A DNA stretch of 64,000 bases, taken from contig CAVZPE010000013.1 in assembly GCA_963776915.1 (NCBI GenBank), positions 82,951 to 146,950 of the forward strand, written 5' to 3'. Shown piece by piece: positions 34,667-46,596 of the stretch (position 1 is the first letter of the stretch; each line of letters begins with the position of its first letter). A program made the position numbers and the translations under genes. The notes under the pieces are model-generated. The model saw nothing but the letters and a program-made list of their open reading frames with translations, ran no database searches and was not told the DNA's origin. The stretch comes from an uncultured Acidobacteriota bacterium. GTDB taxonomy: Bacteria > Acidobacteriota > Thermoanaerobaculia > UBA5066.

Positions 34667-35449
34667 CTAGAACCTGTAGAGGAGCGTGGCGATGAGGGCC
34701 GTGTCGGTGCTCTTGAGGGTGTCGGGTTTCGGCTCGTTCTTGTAGTCGACGAGGTACGAGACCTTCAGCTCGAAGGCCTTCGTGAGCGTGGCCGCGACCC
34801 CCAGCTCGAAGTGGTAGAAGGAGTCGGCCGTGTTGTCCATCTTCCACAGGCCGGACGCCTTCTGCGTGAGCGCGGCCGACGGCGAGAACTTCCAGAGGAA
34901 TGCCTCGCCCACCCCGAACGCGCCGCTCGAGGTCGCGTCGTAGCCCGAGTCCTTCTCGAACGCGCCGCCGATGGAGCCGTCGAGGGAGAGCTCGAGGGTC
35001 TTCTGCTTGACGACGTAGTACCCGGCGCCGACCATCGGCGAAATCAGGTAGGTCACGTTCTTGAACCGGTCGCGCAGGTAGGAGACCTGCCCGAACCCGT
35101 AGATGCGGTCCGTGATCTTGTACTCGTAACGGAGCGCGGCGGACGCCTTGTCGGAAGTCGCCTCGTCGCCCGACTTCGAGTAGAGCCAGAACGCGTCGGC
35201 CTTGAAGAGGCTGTGCGTCTTGGGGTCGTAGACGAGGCCGAACGCGAGGTTGAACGCGGTCGTGTCCGAGTTGCCGTTCGTGATCGAGAGGCCGGCGCCG
35301 AGGGAGCCCGTGAGGGGTGGCGGCGGCGGCTCGGGGCACGGGCACGGACACTTGCAGGGCGGCAGGGGCGGCGCATCGCTCTGCGCGAGCGCAGGAGCGG
35401 GAAGCACGAGGACGAGACACAGGAGGAGCAGAAGAGTTTTCGGATTCAT
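34667..35449 (-). CDS. DUF481-family outer-membrane beta-barrel protein with N-terminal Cys-Pro repeat
   Basis: Signal peptide MNPKTLLLLLCLVLVLPAPALA, then ..PPCKCPCPCPEPPPPP... The barrel portion (..ITNGNSDTTAFNLAF..YLRDRFKN..LKVSYLVDYKNEPKP..LIATLLYRF*) fits DUF481 from memory. Confidence 0.75.
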   Translation of the reverse strand: MNPKTLLLLLCLVLVLPAPALAQSDAPPLPPCKCPCPCPEPPPPPLTGSLGAGLSITNGNSDTTAFNLAFGLVYDPKTHSLFKADAFWLYSKSGDEATSDKASAALRYEYKITDRIYGFGQVSYLRDRFKNVTYLISPMVGAGYYVVKQKTLELSLDGSIGGAFEKDSGYDATSSGAFGVGEAFLWKFSPSAALTQKASGLWKMDNTADSFYHFELGVAATLTKAFELKVSYLVDYKNEPKPDTLKSTDTALIATLLYRF

Positions 35450-35548
35450 CGGGTCCCCTTCCGTAATGAGCGAAGGCTGCCCACGAGGGCGCCATCTCGG
35501 AGAATATATCTTCGAAGGCGTTCGTCGTCCGTTCGGTAGAGTGTCGCC

Positions 35549-35935
35549 GTGTCCCGATCGGCAGCGCCTTCCCGACCCTACACGCTCCTCTACGACGGCG
35601 ACTGCCGCTTCTGCGCACGTTCGGCCGACCTGATCGCCTCGTGGGACCGGGGCGGCGCGGTCGAGGTCATCCCGTTCCAGAGGAGCGGCGTCGCGGAGCG
35701 GTTCCCGCACATTCCTCCCGAGGCGTTCCGCGAGGCGATGCAGCTCGTCGGGCCGGGAGGGAAGACGTGGGCCGGCGCCGCGGCGGTCGAGCGGCTCGTG
35801 CGGCTCCTGCCGGGCGGGCGGCCGCTCGGGTGCCTCTTCGCCCTCCCGTTCGCACGGCCGCTCGCGGACTTCGGTTACCGGCTCGTCGCGCGCAACCGCT
35901 ACCGCCTCGGCTGCCGCGACCACTGCGCGCGCTGA
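35549..35935 (+). CDS. thiol-disulfide oxidoreductase DCC-family protein (DUF393)
   Basis: ..YTLLYDGDCRFCARSADLI.. N-terminal CxxC motif and a length of 128 aa. Confidence 0.8.
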   Translation: MSRSAAPSRPYTLLYDGDCRFCARSADLIASWDRGGAVEVIPFQRSGVAERFPHIPPEAFREAMQLVGPGGKTWAGAAAVERLVRLLPGGRPLGCLFALPFARPLADFGYRLVARNRYRLGCRDHCAR

Positions 35936-35947
35936 CCCGGCGCGCCG

Positions 35948-36629
35948 TCAGTCGGGGAGGATGACCTCCGTGCGCCGGTTGAGCGCCCGGCCCTCCGCCG
36001 TCGTGTTCGGCGCGACCTCGAACTGCTTGCCGAACCCCTCCGTCTTCAGGCGCGCGGGGTCCACGTTCTGGTTCACGAGGAAGTTGCGGACGGTCTCGGC
36101 CCGCTGGAGCGAGAGCTTGTCGTTGAAGGCGTCGCTTCCCGTCGAGTCCGTGTACCCGCACACGTAGACCTGCGCCTTCGGGAAGTAGTGGTTGAGGATC
36201 TCGGCCTGGCGCGCGAGGACCGGGATCGCGTCGGGCTTGAGGTCGGCCTTGGCCGAATCGAAGCAGACCTTCTCCGCGTACTCGAACACGAGCACGCGCG
36301 TCAGGTTGAGCTTCTTGGCGACGGGCGAGACGCCGCCCTTGCCGAGCCGGAACACGACGACCGCCTTGTCCGGGGCGAGGATCCGGATGCGCTTCTCGAC
36401 GACGTCGAGATCGGCCTTCGACGGCCGAGATCGAGGCCACGTCGTCGAACGTCGCGACGTCGAGGGATTGCGGCGTCTCGCCGATGACCTTCCCCTTGTA
36501 CGTGACCTCGGCCTTCTCGGGCTCCGACACGACGTCGAGGGCCATCTTCATCTGGACCGTCTTCGCGGTGCAGCCCGCGAGCGTGGCCGCGAGGGCGAGG
36601 AGCGAGAGGCGCGTGAGGGGTCGGCGCAT
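35948..36629 (-). CDS. OmpA-family lipoprotein (1 apparent frameshift near 36420)
   Basis: Lipobox ..LALAATLAGCTAK... The C-terminal OmpA domain is ..FDSAKADLKP..VCGYTDSTGSDAFNDKLSLQRAETV..GRALNRRTEVIL... Confidence 0.8.
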
Positions 36630-36673
36630 TCGTCACCTCCGTCGAGAGGCGCCAATTATTACGCGAGAAACCC

Positions 36674-38403
36674 CTAGAATTGCACGCTGAAAGCGAAACG
36701 CCCCTCGACGGGGGCACCCCGGTCGTCCCGGGCCGGCCGGAAGCGGTAACGCGCGAGCACCTCGAGGGCCAGGGCGTCGCAGGCCGGCGACACCGAGGAG
36801 ATCACGCGCTTGCTCTTGAGCGTTCCGTCGGCGCCGACGACGACGGACACGCCGACGATCTGGCCGCCGCAGGCCCGCTGCTGCTCCGCGGAAAGGGCGA
36901 CCGGCGCGATCTCGTCGACGTCGGGGGGCATCATGATGCGCCGGCCGGGCGCGACGGCGGCCGGCTCCCGCGAGACCGTCGGCCGTCTGGCGGGGCGCGG
37001 AGTCGTCGCGGCCGGGGCGGCGGCCACGGCCCTCGTCGGCGCGGGGGCCGACGTCGCGAGCGGAACCGGCGTCGCCAGCGGAACCGGCGTCGCCAGAGAC
37101 GGCCGGCGTTACCGCCGGGGCCGGCGCCGCCCGCGGAACCGACGTGGGTGGAGCCGGTGTCGGCGCGAGCGCGGGCGCCGTGGGAATCTGCGGCGAGGCG
37201 GCGACGGGAGCCGCGGCCGTCGGCTGCGGCGCGGGCGGAATCCGGGTTCTCGGGTGGCGTCTTCGGGCGCGCGAGGAAGTACGCGAGCGCGACGACGACG
37301 AGGCCGCCCGCGGCCGCGAGGCCGAGAACGGCGGCGCGCGCGCGGGCCGGAGGGGCGGGCGCCGGGGCGACCGGCGGGGGCGGCGCGGGAACGGCGACCA
37401 CGGCGGAGACGCGCCGGACGGGGCGCGGGGTCGCCGCCGCCATCGGGGTCGCCGGGGTCGGCGGCATGGGCGTCGCGATCGGCGGAAGCGTGAGGACGGG
37501 GACGGCCGCCGTGTCCTCCAGGGACGCGGGGTCGGGCGGCGGCACGGCGGGCGCCGCGCGCCGACCGTCGAGGAACTTCTCGAGGTCCTGGCGCATCTCC
37601 CGCGCCCCCGCGTAGCGCTCGTCCCGGACGCGCGCGAGCGCGCGGGCGACGATGCGGTCGAGCTCGGGGCTGACGCCGGGCATCCGCGTGGAGAGGCGCG
37701 GCGCGTCGATCACGAGCCGGTTCGCGAGGTCCGCGATCCGGTCGGACTTGAACGGGACGCCTCCCGAGACCATCTGGAAGAGCGACACGCCGAGCGAGTA
37801 CACGTCCGTCCGCCCGTCCAGGCGGTCGCCGCGGAGCTGCTCCGGCGAGATGTAGGCGGGCGAGCCGAGGACGAACCCCGTCTGCGTCTTCACGAGGCTG
37901 TCGTCCGTCTTCGCGATGCCGAAATCCATCAGGTAGGGCCGGTCCCGCCGGTCGAGGAGGATGTTGTCGAGCTTGATGTCGCGGTGGATCACGCCGCGCC
38001 CGTGGCTGTACTCGAGCGCGTCGAGGAGCGGGACGACGATCCGCGCCGCCGCCTCCTCCTGGAACGTGCCCCGCTTGCCCAGCTCGACGGTGAGCGTCGG
38101 GCCGTCCACGAAGGGCATCGAGTACCAGAGGATCCCGCCCACGTGGCCGAAGTCGTAGACCTTGAGGATGTTCGGGTGCTCGAGCGAGGCCGCGACGCGC
38201 GACTCCTGCTCGAACCGCTTGAGGAACTCCGAGCTCTCCTCGTGGGAGCCCGCCACGACCTTCATCGCCTCGAGCCGCTGCAGCCGGAGGTTCCGGACCT
38301 GGTAGACCGCGGCGAAGCCGCCCTTGCCGAGCAGGCCGAGGACCTCGTAGCGGCCCTCGAGGAGCCGGGAGACCTCCCGGCCTCTTTCGTCGACGGGCTG
38401 CAT
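36674..38403 (-). CDS. Ser/Thr protein kinase - TM - Pro-rich linker - TonB_C-like domain (1-2 apparent frameshifts in the linker)
   Basis: ..LGKGGFAAVY.., ..HRDIKLDNILL.., ..DFGIAK.., ..SPAYISPEQ.., and the TM segment LGLAAAGGLVVVALAYFL. The C-terminal frame ends ..GGQIVGVSVVVGADGTLKSKRVISSVSPACDALALEVLARYRFRPARDDRGAPVEGRFAFSVQF*. Confidence 0.85.
37061..37096. repeat. 2 x 18-bp perfect tandem repeat (CGGAACCGGCGTCGCCAG)
   Basis: Lies in the Pro-rich linker of the kinase gene and encodes LATPVP-LATPVP on the minus strand. Confidence 0.9.
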
Positions 38404-38407
38404 CCGG

Positions 38408-41174
<2,767 letters not shown>

Positions 41175-41218
41175 GAGGCTTCCTCCGGGGCGCGTCGGAG
41201 GCGCCCGCGGGAGGAAGT

Positions 41219-41441
41219 CTAAGCCGACCGCGACTCGCGTCGGATCAGGAGGACGGCGCCCCCGGCGAGGAACCAGGGGACGAGGATGAACGCGCCGACG
41301 ATCGGCCAGACGTTCGGTTCCTTCGGCGAGGACGACGCGGCGCAGGACGGGCACGCGGAGGCCGGCGGCGCGAGGAGGAGCCGGCGGCGCGAGAGCGGCG
41401 AAGGAGCGGCGAGGACGGCGGAGCGAAGGGAGCGTCTTCAC
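41219..41441 (-). CDS. possible small tail-anchored membrane protein with CPSC motif (frameshifted)
   Basis: The GTG is 8 nt after the coxIV stop. The downstream frame reads ..ASACPSCAASSSPKEPNVWPIVGAFILVPWFLAGGAVLLIRRESRSA*. This is a weak call. Confidence 0.3.
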
Positions 41442-41449
41442 GACGCGCC

Positions 41450-41797
41450 TCAGTGGTGGACCCACGGGACGGTCGTGGCCCGGAGGAGGGCCGCACCGTC
41501 CAGCATGAGGTAGGCCGCGTAGAAGCCCGCGAGCGGCAGCGGGAGGGCGGCGAGCCAGAGGAGGGAGCGCTTCTCGTACCTCAGGTGCATGTAGTAGAGG
41601 CCGACGAACGCGGCCTTCGACAGCGCCAGGGCGACCATGATCGTGGAGACGATCCGCTTGTCGATCTTCAGATACGACGTCGCGACCTCGACGATCGTGA
41701 GCGCGAGGAGGACCCAGAAGATCCGGAAGTAGTCCTTCCGGTGGTCGGCGTGGGGAGCGGCCGCCGCCGGTGCGTGGGAGGAATCGTGTTCCGTCAT
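41450..41797 (-). CDS. cytochrome c oxidase subunit IV (prokaryotic small subunit)
   Basis: 115 aa with three TM segments: ..YFRIFWVLLALTIVEVATSY..IMVALALSKAAFVGLYYMHL... It is the last gene of the cox set. Confidence 0.75.
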   Translation of the reverse strand: MTEHDSSHAPAAAAPHADHRKDYFRIFWVLLALTIVEVATSYLKIDKRIVSTIMVALALSKAAFVGLYYMHLRYEKRSLLWLAALPLPLAGFYAAYLMLDGAALLRATTVPWVHH

Positions 41798-41807
41798 GCC
41801 GTCCCTT

Positions 41808-42422
41808 TCACGGAATGAGATAGACGAGCGTGAAGACGAGGATCCAGACGAGGTCGACGAAGTGCCAGAAGAGACCGGTGATCTCCACGAAGTTGGCGCC
41901 GTTCTCGAGGTGCTTGCCGCGGAAGACGCCGATCGCCGTGACGAGGAGGTAGCACACGCCGGTGAAGACGTGGCCGCCGTGGAAGCTCGTGATCACGTAG
42001 AAGGTGGCCGGGAAGTTGCCGGACGGGAGCGTGAAGCCGTGTCGGATCAGGTGGGTGTACTCGTACGCCTGCCCGCACAGGAAGAACACCCCTCCGAGCG
42101 CGGTCAGGAGCAGCCACTTCACCGCGCCGAGGCGCTGGCCCTTCTTCGCGGCGTCGAGGGCGAGGACCATCGTGAGGGAGCTCACGATGAGGACGAACGT
42201 CATGACCGCGGTGAACGGGATCCCGAGAACGCTCGTCGGCGTGGGCCAGTGCGGGTTCCCGGCCCGCAGGATGCCGTAGGCGAGGAGGAGCCCCCCGAAC
42301 GTCATCGCGTCCGTGACGAGGAAGATCCACATCCCGACCTTCCCGGTCGTGGCCGTGCCGAAGGTCGGCGGGTTCTCCGCGGTCCGGGCGGGGGCGAGGG
42401 CGACGTCCGTGCCGATGCTCAT
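41808..42422 (-). CDS. coxC: cytochrome c oxidase subunit III
   Basis: Intact 204-aa ORF with ..MWIFLVTDAMTFGGLL.., ..SFHGGHVFTG.. and ..GLFWHFVDLVWILVF... Confidence 0.9.
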   Translation of the reverse strand: MSIGTDVALAPARTAENPPTFGTATTGKVGMWIFLVTDAMTFGGLLLAYGILRAGNPHWPTPTSVLGIPFTAVMTFVLIVSSLTMVLALDAAKKGQRLGAVKWLLLTALGGVFFLCGQAYEYTHLIRHGFTLPSGNFPATFYVITSFHGGHVFTGVCYLLVTAIGVFRGKHLENGANFVEITGLFWHFVDLVWILVFTLVYLIP

Positions 42423-43159
42423 CTAAAGCCCTTCCATGTTCGCGAGGAGTCCGATGTCGCGCATCATCAGGTCCACGTTCTCCGGGGTCGGCGGCTCCAC
42501 GCGCCTCACGCGCCCGTGCGCGTCGGCGAGGAGCAGGTAGCCGTAGAGCGGGACGTCCGCCCGGCCGCCGGCCGCCTTGCGGATCGCGGTCTCCACGGGT
42601 CCGAGGTCGCCCCCCGCGAGCGTCCAGCGCGGGGCGGCGGCGCCCGCGTGCTCGGCGAGGTCGGCGAGGGGCGGGGACCCGGGCGTCTCGTCCACGAAGC
42701 TGACGAGGCGCAGGGCCTGGCCGGTGTTGCGCACGCGCTTCTGGAGCTCGGCGAGCGGCGTCGGCCGGCCGGAGAGGCGGTCGGCGGAGACGAACTCGGC
42801 GAGGACGAGCGTCCCGCGCAGGGACGCGTCCGTGACCGGCCTGCCGTACTGGTCCGTGAGGGAGAACGCGGGCAGGACGCCGAGGGTCGGCGGCGCCGCC
42901 GGCAGCGGCCGGTTCAGCGAGCGGACGATGGGGAAGGCAAAAGCCAATGCCACGAAGACGAGCCAGAACCACGGGCTCCCCGTGAGCGCCGCCGCGACGC
43001 GCTGGGGGAGAAAGAAGAAGAAGAGGAGAAGAGAAAGATGAAGATTTCTTTGAAGGTGAAGAGGGGAGGGGAGGCGGTGCCGGCGCCCGGCGCAGCTCCG
43101 CCCGCCGCCATTGCGGGCGCGGCTGCGGGAACGCCACCGGAAACGGGAAGTGCTGTCAT
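42423..43159 (-). CDS. SCO1/SenC-like thioredoxin-fold protein lacking the CxxxC copper site (frameshift in the 5' part)
   Basis: ..LPAFSLTDQYGRPVTDASLRGTLVLAEFVSADRLSGRPTPLAEL..LRLVSFVDETP..PRWTLAGGD.. follows the SCO pattern, with Arg where the two Cys are expected. The 5' region runs through the polypyrimidine element. Confidence 0.55.
43007..43073. repeat. low-GC polypurine element, copy C (purine strand = plus strand)
   Basis: GGAGAAAGAAGAAGAAGAGGAGAAGAGAAAGATGAAGATTTCTTTGAAGGTGAAGAGGGGAGGG. It is inverted relative to copies A and B and shares the core GAAGATTT(T)C..GAAGGT. Confidence 0.85.
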
Positions 43160-43170
43160 TCGCCTCTATT

Positions 43171-43229
43171 ACCTTCTAAGAAAATCTTCTCTTCTCTTTC
43201 TTCTCTTCTCTTCTCTTCTCTTTTCTTCC
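43171..43229. repeat. low-GC polypurine element, copy A (purine strand = minus strand)
   Basis: On the minus strand: GGAAGAAAAGAGAAGAGAAGAGAAGAGAAGAAAGAGAAGAGAAGATTTTCTTAGAAGGT. It lies between the cytochrome c stop and the SCO-like ATG. Confidence 0.85.
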
Positions 43230-44172
43230 TAATTCACTTTCGCCGTGTCGTGAGACGGGACGGCGAGCGCCGCGATGAGGCTGGTCCCTTCGGTCGTCCG
43301 CCTCGCGCGTGCCCTTGAGGTCGATGAGGGAGCGGACGTAGTACGCCATCGCCCAGATGTCGTCGTCCGGCAGCGCGCCCTTCCAGGTGGGCATCGCGGT
43401 GCCGCCGATCCCGGACGCGATCGTCCGGTAGATGTCGGTGAGCGCCTCGCCCGAGCGCACGTGGTCGCGCGTGAAGTCGGGCGGCATGATCTTCACGCCG
43501 TAGTCGCTGTCCTTCAGCTCGGAGTGGTACGGGTCCGGCCGGAGCGTCGCCTCGCGCTTGGACAGCTCCATGCTCGCGTCGTCGATCGTCGCCTTCGTCT
43601 CGTACGCGGGGTGACACGAGAGGCACTGCGCGAGGCCGTGGTAGACCTTCATGCCGCGCGTGATGGCCTCGGCCTTCTTCGCGTCGCCCCACGGGTCCGG
43701 CCCCGGCACGATCGGCTCGCCGGGCGTCTTGTCGACCCACTTCGGCGAGAGCGTCTTGATGTACTGGACGATGTCCAGGATGTCGCGCTCCGGGACGTCG
43801 TTCCACGGGAGCATGGCGCTGCCGTGGAGGCCCTTCTGGATGATGCGGAGGAAGTCCTCGTCGTTCGGGAGCTGGCCGCTCGCGACGGCCGCGAACTTGA
43901 ACTGGCCCTGCTTGAAGTTGCGCGGCGGCGGGCGCAGGCCGACGGAGGCCGGCCCCTTGCCGTCGCCCTCGACGCCGTGGCAGGCGGCGCAGTACGTGAG
44001 GAAGAGCTCGTGGCCGTTGTTCAGGCGCCGCGCGGAGACGCGCTTGCCGCCGAGCGTCTGGGACTTCACGAAGTGCGTGCCGGGGGCCGAGCAACCCGGC
44101 GGAGGAGAGAAGGAACGCCGCGGAAAGAAATGCGCCGCCCCCACCTGCCGCGATCCGCTTTCCAACCTTCAT
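43229..44172 (-). CDS. membrane-anchored di-haem c-type cytochrome (about 2 apparent frameshifts)
   Basis: ATG at 44172: MKVGKRIAAGGGGAFLSAAFLLSSAGLLG... It then has ..LFLTYCAACHGVEGDG.. and ..LAQCLSCHPAY.. (two CxxCH motifs). The 3' end is ambiguous (43176, 43229 or 43234, depending on frame). Confidence 0.8.
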
Positions 44173-44207
44173 GGAAATCTTCTCTTCTCTTTCTTTCTCG
44201 TCTTCGG
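44165..44207. repeat. low-GC polypurine element, copy B (purine strand = minus strand)
   Basis: On the minus strand: CCGAAGACGAGAAAGAAAGAGAAGAGAAGATTTCCATGAAGGT. The embedded ATG is the cytochrome c start codon. Confidence 0.8.
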
Positions 44208-44210
44208 AAC

Positions 44211-44804
44211 TCAGAGCAGATACACCGCGACGAACATGACGACCCAGACAGCGTCGACGAAGTGCCAGAACATCGCCGAGAGCCGCACGGCGCTCTGCCG
44301 GCCCGAGCGGTACCGGCCCTTGCGGGCGCCCGGGACGAGGGCGAGGAGGACGACGAGCCCCGCGAGGACGTGGAGCGCGTGGAACACGGTCAGCCCGTAG
44401 AAGATCGACCCGTAGACGCCCGACGCGATCGTGAAGCCCGTCCGCCACAGCGGAACCCAGACCGCGAGCTGCAGGACGAGGAAGAGCGATCCGAGCGCGA
44501 TCGTCGCCCGGAGCGCCCCGCGGAGCGCGCCGAGGCGGGCCTCCGCCTCGGGACGCACGCCCCGGTGGAGCATGACGCTCGACAGGAGGAGCACCAGCGT
44601 GTTCACGAAGGGGAGGAGGCGCGGGAGCGGCGCGACGCCGTCGGGCGGCCACGTCCCGGCCTTCAGGCGAAGGATCGCGTACGCGAAGAACAGGCTGCCG
44701 AACATCATCGACCACGACGCGAGCGCCATGACCATCCCGACGAACGAGGTCCGGCGGGACTCCTCCCTCGCGGGGAAGCGCGCGGCCGCCGCCAGGCTCG
44801 TCAC
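44211..44804 (-). CDS. second, short cytochrome c oxidase subunit III-like protein
   Basis: 197 aa with ..MVMALASWSMMFGSLFFAY.., ..FHALHVLAG.. and ..AMFWHFVDAVWVVMF... The GTG start overlaps the coxA stop (GTGA at 44801-44804). Confidence 0.75.
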   Translation of the reverse strand: MTSLAAAARFPAREESRRTSFVGMVMALASWSMMFGSLFFAYAILRLKAGTWPPDGVAPLPRLLPFVNTLVLLLSSVMLHRGVRPEAEARLGALRGALRATIALGSLFLVLQLAVWVPLWRTGFTIASGVYGSIFYGLTVFHALHVLAGLVVLLALVPGARKGRYRSGRQSAVRLSAMFWHFVDAVWVVMFVAVYLL

Positions 44805-46596
44805 GATCCGGTGGCTCCGAGGGCGGCGGGCTCGGACGGGAGGGGCTCGTTCTGCGCGAGCCAGTCCTTGCCCTTCACGTCGGGGTGGCTGAACTCGTGC
44901 GGCCCGTTCACGACGAGCGGGATCTCGTCGAAGTTGTGGTGCGGGGGCGGCGAGGCGACGGTCCACTCCAGCGTGCCGACCTCCCACGGGTTCTCGGAGG
45001 CCTTCTTCCCGGCCACGAGGCTCGAGAGGAAGTTCACGACGAAGAGGAACTGGGACGCGCCGAGGAGGAGAGCGGCGCGCGTGATCCACACGTTCACGGG
45101 GTGCAGGTGCTGGAGGAACGCGTACGCGTCGGTGTTGTAGAGCCGGCGCTGCATGCCGCCGTAGCCGACGACGAGCATCCCGCAGAAGACGACCGTGATC
45201 GGGACGATCGTGAGCCAGAAGTGCCACTTCCCGAGCGTCTCGTTCATCATCTTCCCGAACATCTTCGGGAACCAGAAGTAGATCGCGGCGAACGCACCGA
45301 GGAGGACCGAGGCCGCCATCGTGAGGTGGAAGTGGCCGACCACGAAGTACGAGTCGTGGAGGTAGATGTCCGACGAGATCGCCCCGAGGTGCAGGCCCGT
45401 GAGGCCGCCGAGCCCGAAGACGAAGACGACGCCGACCGAGAAGAGCATCGGGGTCGCGAAGCGGATCGCGCCCCGCCACATCGTGCCGAGCCAGTTCAGG
45501 AAGAACACGGCCGACGGGATCGAGATGAGCATCGTGAGCGTCATGAAGCCCTGGGAGAGGAGCGGGCTCATCCCGACGACGAACATGTGGTGCCCGTAGA
45601 CGACCATCGAGAGGAACGTGATGACGCTCATCGAGATCGCGGTCGCCTTGTAGCCGAACGCGGGCTTGCGCGAGAAGAACGAGAGGAGGTCCGAGACGAT
45701 CCCCCACGCCGGGAGGATGAGGATGTAGACCTCGGGGTGGCCGAAGATCCAGAACAGGTGCTGGTAGAGGATCGGGTCGCCGCCGCCCTTCGTGATCGCC
45801 GCGCCCGCGAGGAAGAAGTGGCTCCCGAGCGTCCGGTCGAGGAAGAGGAGGAGCACGCCCGGCGGCGAGGACGGGGACGAAGAGCGCGTTCAGGATCGCC
45901 GTCAGCCAGATGCCCCAGACGGAGAGCGGCATCTGGAAGTAGCCCATGCCCGGGCGCCCTGAGGCGCACGACGGTCGTGATGTAGTTGACGGCGCCCATG
46001 ATCGAGGCGCTGCCCGTGAAGAAGATGCCCACGATCCAGAGCGTCTGCCCGGGGCCGGGCTGGCCGGCGAGCGTCGAGAGCGTCGGGTAGGCCTGCCAGC
46101 CGCCCGCCGCGGCGCCCATCGGGACGAAGAACGAGACGATCATCGCGGTGCCGGCGAGGACGTTCGTCCAGAACGAGAGCATGTTGAGCGTCGGGAACGC
46201 CATGTCCCGCGCGCCGATCATGAGGGGGATCAGCAGGTTCCCGAACGCACCGATCAGGATCGGCGTGATCGCGAAGAAGATCATGAGCGTCCCGTGCATC
46301 GTGAAGAACGACGCGTAGGCCTCCGGAGGCATGACCCCGCCGCTCTGCGGCCAGAGCAGCTCGCCCAGCACGGGGAAGGCCGTGCCCGGGTGCGCGATCT
46401 GCCAGCGGATCATCATCGCCATCGTCCCGCCGACGGCGAGGAAGAAGAGGCCGTACCAGAGGAACTGCTTCGCGATGACCTTGTGGTCCATCGAGAAGAC
46501 GTACCGCCTCACGAAGCTCGAGGGCTCGGGGTGGATGTGCTGCTCGGCGTGGAAGTCGGGCCCGGCGTAGAGGAGGTTCCGGCGCGCGTCGGCCAT
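44801..46596 (-). CDS. coxA: cytochrome c oxidase subunit I (2 apparent frameshifts, near 45950 and 45860)
   Basis: ..HKVIAKQFLWYG.., ..FFTMHGTLMIFF.., ..NYITTVVRLRAPG|MGYFQMPLSVW.., ..LFWIFGHPEVYILILP.. and ..VVGHFHLTM... One shift lies in the CCCGGG run at 45949-45954. Confidence 0.9.

Noticed and set aside
43038-43232. Plus-strand ORF MKISLKVKRGGEAVPAPG...LLFSS* starting inside polypurine copy C and ending in copy A.
   Set aside because: It is antisense to the SCO-like 5' region. Its ends are simply translations of the low-complexity element, and there is no SD or family resemblance. It is more likely a by-product of the inverted repeat.
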